Shown: positions 17,207 through 24,330 of the stretch, one piece after another | Numbering within the stretch: position 1 is the stretch's first letter | Layout: every line of letters starts with the position of its first letter | The notes under the pieces: model-generated | The model's database searches: none | What the model was told of the DNA's origin: nothing | What the model saw: the letters and a program-made list of their open reading frames with translations, nothing else | Translations under genes and position numbers: made by a program | Source of the DNA: Breoghania sp. L-A4 | GTDB lineage: Bacteria; Pseudomonadota; Alphaproteobacteria; Rhizobiales; Stappiaceae | Direction of reading: 5' to 3' | Length of the DNA: 32,000 bases | Assembly (NCBI RefSeq): GCF_003432385.1 | Contig: NZ_CP031841.1 | Span: forward strand, 4,103,549-4,135,548

Positions 17207-18463
17207 TCACGCCACCGCATCGGCCGGCTCCCGAATGTAGGCCTCGGGCGGCGTGCGTTTCCCCGCCTCCATGGCGTCGGTGTCCACCACCAGCATGACC
17301 TTGTCGTACTTCGTCGGCGCGTTGATCCACTTCATCTCGTCCTCGAGATGATGCCAGTCGCGCGTCATGATGGTTTGCAAATCGTCGATGCTCTTCACGT
17401 CGCCCTTCCACTGCTGCGAGCGGTTGTAGAAGGCGTCGTCGTGGCAGCTCTTCACGCAGGCCAGGCACTCGATGCAATCGTCGGGGCGGACCGAGACGGC
17501 GGGGCCCTTGGGCAGCCGCGCCAGCACCCCCTTGGGACAGACGTAGACGCAGTCGTAGCAGCTGGTGCATTTGACCGGATCGATGATCGGCTCGAAGTGG
17601 CTGCGGTAATCGCCCCTCGTGATCCAGTGGCGCGGCGTGGTCTTGTAGATCGTCGAGCTGCCGCAGCCGTCGAGCGAAATCAGCAGCACCACGCCGCCAA
17701 TCGTCGCCGTCCAGATGGCGAATTCGCTCAAGGTGAAGTCGTGGAACAGGCCGACCAGCGCCAGACCGGCGACGCCGACGCCGAAGTGGCTCAGCGTCTT
17801 CAGCCACAGTCGCTCCTCGGGCAGCACGTCCCACAGGGCGAACCAGGTGAGATGGAACAGCAGGATCAGCCCCATGGTGATCAGCGTGTAGGCGGGGAAG
17901 AAGAAGATCAGAAAGAAGATCGTCATGGCGTAGACCAGCGCCGTGGAGACCGCCTGCTCCATGCGGTCCCAAAAGCCGAACTGGGCGCGGGTCATCTCCG
18001 AGGTGCGGCGGTAGTTGCCGGCGATATAGGCGGGCAGATCATCGAAATGGGTCGGCCCCCACACGAGCTTGAAGCCGGTGCGCGCCTGCACCTCCTTGGC
18101 GTTGACGCCGGGCGCGGCATAGGGCGGCGCGATGATCCGCCGCGCCAGCACCTTGTCCTTGATGCCGGAGACGTTGATGGCGTCGATGATGTCGAATTCG
18201 TTGAACTCGTTCATGCCGGCCGCGCACCAGACGTTGGAGCCCTTGGAGTTGGCGACGATCAGGTAGCAGTCGATGCCGGAGAGGCGCTTGAGCAGCCGGT
18301 GCACGGTGAGCGTGTAGTTGCCGCTCAAGAAGACCGGCGAATGCTCGTCGGGGCGGCCGATCTCGCGCAGGCCCAGCTCGCAGGGGAAATTGAAATGCCG
18401 GAACAGCACGTGGAAGATCTCGTAGAACCTGAGCTTGATCATGCCCCAGATCCGGCCCGCCAT
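17207..18463 (-). CDS. HgcA-like corrinoid-binding membrane protein fused to HgcB-like 2x[4Fe-4S] ferredoxin (HgcAB-like fusion)
   Basis: HgcA-type cap-helix signature NVWCAAGM (nt 18212-18235) within LSGIDCYLIVANSKGSNVWCAAGMNEFNEFDII; transmembrane segment block; then CTSCYDCVYVCP (17534-17569) and CIECLACVKSC (17444-17476). Confidence 0.85.
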   Translation of the reverse strand: MAGRIWGMIKLRFYEIFHVLFRHFNFPCELGLREIGRPDEHSPVFLSGNYTLTVHRLLKRLSGIDCYLIVANSKGSNVWCAAGMNEFNEFDIIDAINVSGIKDKVLARRIIAPPYAAPGVNAKEVQARTGFKLVWGPTHFDDLPAYIAGNYRRTSEMTRAQFGFWDRMEQAVSTALVYAMTIFFLIFFFPAYTLITMGLILLFHLTWFALWDVLPEERLWLKTLSHFGVGVAGLALVGLFHDFTLSEFAIWTATIGGVVLLISLDGCGSSTIYKTTPRHWITRGDYRSHFEPIIDPVKCTSCYDCVYVCPKGVLARLPKGPAVSVRPDDCIECLACVKSCHDDAFYNRSQQWKGDVKSIDDLQTIMTRDWHHLEDEMKWINAPTKYDKVMLVVDTDAMEAGKRTPPEAYIREPADAVA

Positions 18464-18464
18464 G

Positions 18465-19118
18465 TCACTTCCTCCCCACGATGAGCTGGAAGGAGGACAT
18501 CGGCAGTCTCTTCGTCTCCTCGATGGAAAAGCCCGCCGCCTCGATGACGCCGCGCAGGTCCTTGATGGGGAAGCAGGCCCGGCGCAGGATGGCGAACTGC
18601 GGCACCCACATGATCGCCATGACCACCCGGTAGAGCGCCCGCAGCGCCCTGTTCTCCGGCCACACCTCGTCGGCGATCATGATGCGCCCGCCGTCTTTCA
18701 GGATCGTGCGGCAATCGCGGAAGATGTAGTCGAGGTATTCGCGTGACAGCTCGCCCACCACCATGGTGGAGACGATCGCGTCGAGGCTTTCGGGCTCGAA
18801 ATATTTGGGCAGGTCGGTGACGCTGTCCTTGATGATGGTGAAGCGGTCGGCGCAGTCGTTCTTCGCGATCGTCTTGCGGCACTCCTTGAGCATGCTCTCG
18901 GAGATGTCCATGCCGGTGACGGTGGCGCCCTTGTTCACGCATTTGACGCCCAGCGAGCCGGTGCCGCAGCCGATGTCCAGCACCCGGTCGCCGGGGCGGA
19001 CGCGGTTCGCGATCTCGGTCTTGATGCGGTCGATCTTGCCGCCGGTCAGAAGCTTGACCGACCAGTCGTAACGCTCGGGCGCGTATTCGACCCAGACCAT
19101 CCAACTGTACATCAGCAT
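18465..19118 (-). CDS. Class I SAM-dependent methyltransferase, corrinoid protein-associated (CpaM-like)
   Basis: VRPGDRVLDIGCGTGSLGVKCVNKGATVTGMDISESML; stop codon is separated by 1 nt from the ATG of the HgcAB-like CDS. Confidence 0.8.
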   Translation of the reverse strand: MLMYSWMVWVEYAPERYDWSVKLLTGGKIDRIKTEIANRVRPGDRVLDIGCGTGSLGVKCVNKGATVTGMDISESMLKECRKTIAKNDCADRFTIIKDSVTDLPKYFEPESLDAIVSTMVVGELSREYLDYIFRDCRTILKDGGRIMIADEVWPENRALRALYRVVMAIMWVPQFAILRRACFPIKDLRGVIEAAGFSIEETKRLPMSSFQLIVGRK

Positions 19119-19146
19119 CGTCGTTCTCCCGGACAGACGCGGCGCT

Positions 19147-20610
19147 TCAGACCCTCTCCCCGGCGGCCGGCGCCGCGCGCGCGTCGCGGTAGCCGCGCAA
19201 CTCGCCGCTCAACTCCGTCGATGTGGGGAAATGCGCCCGGTCGAGCACGGGGAAGATGACGATCTCGACGCCCGGCGGCGCCTGCACCGCGATACCCGTC
19301 TCCTGATCGTGCTGCTTGGACACGATGATCCGCTTGAGCGCGCCGCCCAGCGTGTAGGTCTGCGGCGGCAATGCTTCCGCGCCGAGCCGCGTCACGCTGA
19401 TCGCACACGGCGGCGAGGCGCCATTCGTCGCCTGGCGCGCCTCGATATGCGCCGACTGGGATTCCGCCACCCAGGTAAAATCCGTCCGCGTGGCGCCCGC
19501 GTTATCAAGAGAAAGCGGAGCTGCGGCGGCGAGGCCCGTGTCGTCATGCGGCTCGGTGATCGGGGTCGGTGCGCCGCAATACATGCAGGTGTTGTCCCGC
19601 GCGATGCCGACCACCTCCGCATCCAGCCCGTAGCGCCGCACGAGCGTTCCGCCACACGAGGCGCAGCGCGTGTCCGACACGCCATCCTTGAAGGTGTTGC
19701 CGACGTAGCAGAAGCGAATGCCCGCCTGACGCGCCATGTGCTGCGCCATCAGCAGGATTTCCGGATCGGTCCGGGTGGTGTTCACATAGAGATAGGCGGG
19801 GTGGAAGCCGACGTAGTGCAGCGGCACCCGGTCGCCGAGGTTCTCCAGCACCCAGTCGTTGGTGCGGCCGATCTCCTCCGCGTTGTCGTTGCGGCCGGTG
19901 ATGATGAGCTGGCTGATTTCCAGATGCCGGCCGGAGGCGTGCACCTGCTTGATGCGGTCGAGCACCGGCTGCAGCCGCGTGCCGCCGGTGAACTTGCGGT
20001 AGAAGCGGTCGTCCATCGACTTCAGCGAGATGGAGAAGATGTCGATGCAGCCGATCAATTCGTCGACCGGCGCCTCCTCGATGTAGAAGGCGGACTTGTA
20101 AAGCGTGCGGATACCGGCTGCCTGCGCCAGCCTCGAGGTCTCGACCACGAATTCGTGCCAGACGACGGGATCGTTGTAGGTCCAGGAAATCACGCCGATG
20201 CCGGTGGCAAGGCAGGTCTCGACGATCTGCTCAGGGCTGTAGTGCTTCACGTCGTGCGGGTTGAGATGGCGAACCTGCGAGGTCTTCCAGTTCTGGCAGA
20301 AGTCGCAGGACATCATGCAGCCGATGTTGCCCAGGCTGAGGATGCGCGCGCCGGGGCGGTAGTGGTAGACGGCCTCGGTCTCGATGAACTCCATCGTCGC
20401 CTCGACCGACTTGCCGTAGTTGAAGGTGCGCAGCTCCCCGCCGACGTTGCCGCGCACGCCACATTTGCCCATCTTGCCCGGCGCGATCCGGCAATTGCGC
20501 GGGCTGAGCTTGCACACCACGCCGTCCGCGGTGCCCTCGGCCCTTTGCCAGAAATCGGCCGGCGCGTGTTCGCGCGTCCATTGGACCTCCGGGATGATAT
20601 TCATGGTCAC
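19147..20610 (-). CDS. AmmeMemoRadiSam / PFL-activase-like radical SAM protein
   Basis: CRIAPGKMGKCGVRGN; radical SAM motif GCMMSCDFCQNW (CxxxCxxC); later Cys pairs CASC and CMYC; ~487 aa. Confidence 0.85.
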   Translation of the reverse strand: MTMNIIPEVQWTREHAPADFWQRAEGTADGVVCKLSPRNCRIAPGKMGKCGVRGNVGGELRTFNYGKSVEATMEFIETEAVYHYRPGARILSLGNIGCMMSCDFCQNWKTSQVRHLNPHDVKHYSPEQIVETCLATGIGVISWTYNDPVVWHEFVVETSRLAQAAGIRTLYKSAFYIEEAPVDELIGCIDIFSISLKSMDDRFYRKFTGGTRLQPVLDRIKQVHASGRHLEISQLIITGRNDNAEEIGRTNDWVLENLGDRVPLHYVGFHPAYLYVNTTRTDPEILLMAQHMARQAGIRFCYVGNTFKDGVSDTRCASCGGTLVRRYGLDAEVVGIARDNTCMYCGAPTPITEPHDDTGLAAAAPLSLDNAGATRTDFTWVAESQSAHIEARQATNGASPPCAISVTRLGAEALPPQTYTLGGALKRIIVSKQHDQETGIAVQAPPGVEIVIFPVLDRAHFPTSTELSGELRGYRDARAAPAAGERV

Positions 20611-20742
20611 ACTCCCTCACGCCACACCTGGGACAAGGGGACCCGCCGCCGCTCCCAGCCCGGGTGCGGCGTGATGACGTCCCTTGCGATGGATCCCGTC
20701 GGGCAACCCGTTTCCGCCCGGTCAATTCCGGGGCAGGCTTGC

Positions 20743-22050
20743 CTAATCGAGTATCAGTTCGGACAGTCCGAAGTTGACCTCGCCCTCCCTAGGCGGGCGC
20801 AGGTCGTCCTCGGTATAAAAGCGCTCCCACACCGCGTTGGAGTAAAGCTGGCCCTTGCGCGTCAGATGCACGTCGTACTCGCCGTCGACCAGATAGTCCT
20901 CGGCCGCCAGTTCATCGATGATCTCGCCGTAGACCAGCTTCATCGGCACGCCGAAGCGCGCCTGGAAATCGTCCTTGTAGACGTTGCCGACCTTCAGCCC
21001 CCGGATCATCACCCGGCGCATTTCCTGGTCCTTGGACAGATAGGTGGAGAAATCCAGCACCGGCTCGCCGCGATTGATGCGCGCGATGTAGTCCTTGATG
21101 TCGGTGATGTTGGTGTACATGAACTCTTGGATCGCCGACTTGGACGACACGCCGAAACCGATCATCGGCCACGTGCGCCAGTAGTAGTCGAGGAAGCGGC
21201 AATAGATCCTGCACCGGTCGGGATGGTAGTAGCCCGAGGTGCTGCCCGTCACATAGCCGGCCGCCTCCAGCAGGTTGAAGGCGGTCAGCGCCATGGCCTT
21301 TTCCTCGGCGATCTTCGGCAGCTTCATGCCGCGCGCCACGATCCACTTGTGGTAGGCGGTGTTGGTCCAGACCTCGAGCGGATAGGCGGTGATGCAGGAA
21401 AACTCGAGATCGATGGCGCGCCTGACCGAATCCTCCCAGATCTCGCTGGTCAGCCCGATGAGCGGATAGATCAGATCCACATTCACATGGGTGAAGCCGG
21501 AGTTGCGGATGATGTCGACGGCCTTGTCGATATCCTCCCGGCCATGCGGCCGGTTGGTATCCTTGAGGATCTTCTCATCAAAGCTCTGGATGCCGATGGA
21601 AAAGCGGTTGAAGCCGGCGTCAAACAGCGCGTCGACCTTCTCCTGCTCGACGCTCCTGGGGTCGAACTCGATGGCGATTTCCGCGTCCGCCGCCACATCG
21701 AACGTGCCGCGCACGGCCTCCAGGATGCGGATCAGCTGCTCCGACGACAACAGCCCGGGCGTGCCGCCGCCGAAATAGATCGCCTTGATCTCGAAGCGCG
21801 GAAACACCGGATTGTCCGGAAACCGCTCGATCTCGACGCACAGCGCCTGCACGTATTGCTCGCGCAGGTCGAGCTTTGTGTTCACGTAGACGGTGTAGTC
21901 GCAGAAATGGCACTTGGTCGAGCAGAACGGGATATGGATATAGATCGATGCGTCCTGCATCTTGAAGAAATCGTTGAACTCGCTGTAGGTATATTTGAAC
22001 GGATACGTATGAATGTTACGTCTGATATATTTCTCTGATGCATCGGACAT
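20743..22050 (-). CDS. HemW/HemN-like (coproporphyrinogen III oxidase family) radical SAM protein
   Basis: YIHIPFCSTKCHFCDYTVYV (CxxxCxxC), YFGGGTPGLLS, EFDPRS, RFSIGIQSFDEKILK, YPLIGLT. Confidence 0.85.
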   Translation of the reverse strand: MSDASEKYIRRNIHTYPFKYTYSEFNDFFKMQDASIYIHIPFCSTKCHFCDYTVYVNTKLDLREQYVQALCVEIERFPDNPVFPRFEIKAIYFGGGTPGLLSSEQLIRILEAVRGTFDVAADAEIAIEFDPRSVEQEKVDALFDAGFNRFSIGIQSFDEKILKDTNRPHGREDIDKAVDIIRNSGFTHVNVDLIYPLIGLTSEIWEDSVRRAIDLEFSCITAYPLEVWTNTAYHKWIVARGMKLPKIAEEKAMALTAFNLLEAAGYVTGSTSGYYHPDRCRIYCRFLDYYWRTWPMIGFGVSSKSAIQEFMYTNITDIKDYIARINRGEPVLDFSTYLSKDQEMRRVMIRGLKVGNVYKDDFQARFGVPMKLVYGEIIDELAAEDYLVDGEYDVHLTRKGQLYSNAVWERFYTEDDLRPPREGEVNFGLSELILD

Positions 22051-22089
22051 GGATCACACCTCCGCTCAAGAGCTGAATTCGAAACGGTT

Positions 22090-23595
22090 TCAGGCAAGCA
22101 GACGCAAATGCTCGAACGACGTGTCCGGGCTGCCGGCATGCTTGCGATTGTTGGGCATCATCGGGCGGCCGCAGGAGACGAAGAGCGCGCTCAGGCGGCC
22201 CCGGTCGCGTGCGCGCAGGGCCTCGCCGCCACGCGCGATGATCCGGACCGCGCTGCGCACGAGCGCGAACTGGAAGGCGCATTTGGCCGGATCCGGCGCG
22301 TTGATGTCGCCGGTGGCGATGGTGTTTTCCTGCTTGCAGCCGCCACCGCAGATGTAGCGGATGGAGCAGCGCGAGCACACCGGCTGCGCGTTGACGCCCG
22401 TCCGCCAGGCCGCCACTTTGGCGTCATCAACGCCCGCGTGAAAGTCGCCGACCTGGAAGCCCTCGTCGCCCACCAGCCGGTGGCACGGCATGATCGACTT
22501 GTCGGGCGAGAAGGTGAAATAGTTGCGCCCGCCGGAACAGAAGCCGTTGGCGAACTCGCCGTCCAGGATCATCCGCATCACCGTTTCCACCTCGAGGATC
22601 CCCTTGAAGCGGTTTGCGGGCGTGAACAGATCGAGATACCGGTCGTGCAGCGCTTCGAACTCGGCCTCGATCTTGGCGTTGTAAGGTGCCTGCCGGTCCT
22701 CCAGATCCGCGGTGTCGAAGGCCGCGTCGCCATAGACGGCGGCGTGGTTTTCCTCCGCCACCGCGGCCGGGAGAATCTGGAACCAGTCGAAAATGTTCAT
22801 GTCGTAGAGATGCCGCATGTCCTCGACCAGCGAGGAGTCGGGATAGGGCACGTAGGTCATCCGCGCCACCAGCGTGATGTCCTCGGACGCCGCGCGCACC
22901 TGCTCGCAGTTGCGCGCGATCGCCTCCTGCGAACCGCGCCCCGACTTGCGCGGCCGGTTGCGGTCGTGCGTCTTCGCGCCGCCGTCGATGGACACGGACA
23001 CGATGAACCGGAACCGGTGAAACAGCGACAGCTCGCGCCCGGTCAGCTTCGTCGTCAGGTTGGTGGAGACCCGGTAGATGAACTCGATGCCCAGCCGCGC
23101 GCGCATCTCCAGCGAGCGCGCGCACAGCTCCTCGATGACCGGAAAATTCATCAAGGGCTCGCCGCCGAAAAACTCGAACCGCACGGTCTCGCCCGGGCGT
23201 GTCTTCTCCTCGATGAAGGCGACAATGGCGTCGACGTCCACGTCCTTCGACAGCTTGCCCTTGAGCCGGCCGTAGTCGCCGCCTTCGGCGAAACAGTAGG
23301 TGCAGCCCAGGTTGCAGAAGGCGGTGAGATTGATGTTCAGCGCCAGATTGGCGCCGGCCAGCGGATCCGCCTTCGACAGCGCGCGGGCGTTGTAGGGCGC
23401 CAGCACCCCGGAGGCCCGCAGGCTCTCGAGTTCCGCCTCGGCCTCTTCCGGCCAGACCGGGTTGTCGCGGGTCAACTGGTCGCGCAGGGCGTTCGAGATC
23501 GTGAAAAGACGATGGGACTCACTGTCCAGTAAAACGGTGCCGCCGGTTTCCGGATCGACAGTGACGATCTCAAAATTTCGGGGCTCAATGCCCAT
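22090..23595 (-). CDS. Radical SAM/SPASM maturase-like protein with N-terminal PqqD/RRE-like region
   Basis: LNINLTAFCNLGCTYCFAEG (CxxxCxxC), FEFFGGEPLMN, VSVSIDG, and C-terminal SPASM pattern CSRCSIRYICGGGC; N-term GGTVLLDSESHRLFTISNALRDQL...ESLRASGVL is PqqD-like. ATG at 23595 preferred. Confidence 0.85.
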   Translation of the reverse strand: MGIEPRNFEIVTVDPETGGTVLLDSESHRLFTISNALRDQLTRDNPVWPEEAEAELESLRASGVLAPYNARALSKADPLAGANLALNINLTAFCNLGCTYCFAEGGDYGRLKGKLSKDVDVDAIVAFIEEKTRPGETVRFEFFGGEPLMNFPVIEELCARSLEMRARLGIEFIYRVSTNLTTKLTGRELSLFHRFRFIVSVSIDGGAKTHDRNRPRKSGRGSQEAIARNCEQVRAASEDITLVARMTYVPYPDSSLVEDMRHLYDMNIFDWFQILPAAVAEENHAAVYGDAAFDTADLEDRQAPYNAKIEAEFEALHDRYLDLFTPANRFKGILEVETVMRMILDGEFANGFCSGGRNYFTFSPDKSIMPCHRLVGDEGFQVGDFHAGVDDAKVAAWRTGVNAQPVCSRCSIRYICGGGCKQENTIATGDINAPDPAKCAFQFALVRSAVRIIARGGEALRARDRGRLSALFVSCGRPMMPNNRKHAGSPDTSFEHLRLLA

Positions 23596-24330
23596 GGCGT
23601 GCCTCACACTTTTCAGGTGTTCGACCGAGCGAGCAGACGCGCTGCAAAGGGGCGCGTTTGAAAAACTAATTTATATATTTACAACCTTAAGTTAGGTTAT
23701 ACTGATGATGCAGCTTAAAATTGCTTCTGTCAATCTGGCACGGTTAAAATTGGCGGTGACGCTTCTGCCAGCGTTTCATCTATATGAAATAGATAAGCTT
23801 TTAGAGAAACCTCCCCGCTGGAGCCGCGCCCGGGCGCGGCACGTGCGACCGCATCTGGAGCGTGTTCGGGCGGCCGCGGCGGCGGGCGGTTGCAGTACGC
23901 GATGAAGGCCCCGGCAAGGCGGCACCCGCGGTGCGCGCGCGAGACGTCCGGCCCGCGTTCGGCCACCCGTGCGCGACGGTTTCCCGTCAGGCGACAACCA
24001 TGGGTTGACAAAATCACGGATTCTCGGAAATGTTGTGTTTTCGAGAATTCACGAGACAGACACCCGGGACTGCTGAGAAAATTCTCATAACAACTATCGA
24101 TGAGAAGAAATTATCCGTTTCCTCGACAAGACATACAGGCCACTGCAAATGGACGCGATTTAAACCATGCGCTAAGCTTGCCATGATCGCCTCGCCATTT
24201 GACATGTCCTTGGCGCTTTGCCGCGCCGCCCGAAAGGCGCTCCGGCCGCGATCAGCCGCCGCGCCCCATGCCGGCGCCGGCTTCAAGAGAGATCGCATCA
24301 CGTCAGGCCTCGGCAGAAGGCAGTCGCGCA

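Noticed and set aside
17207-18463. Annotating this gene as bona fide mercury methylation hgcA/hgcB
   Set aside because: Motif ends in Met rather than Lys, there is no Cys in the C-terminal tail, and the genomic context is unlike Hg-methylation loci; only an HgcAB-like call is supportable.
17156-18484. 442-aa plus-strand ORF
   Set aside because: Antisense to the HgcAB-like CDS; composition is shadow-like.
19231-22038. 935-aa plus-strand ORF, the longest in the track
   Set aside because: Antisense to two well-supported radical SAM genes; no recognisable domain and typical antisense composition.
22108-23532. 474-aa plus-strand ORF
   Set aside because: Antisense to the SPASM radical SAM gene.
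23705-23905. 66-aa plus-strand ORF as an alternative precursor peptide
   Set aside because: Weak Shine-Dalgarno, Arg-rich low-complexity C-terminus continuing into GC-rich shadow sequence; insufficient support.
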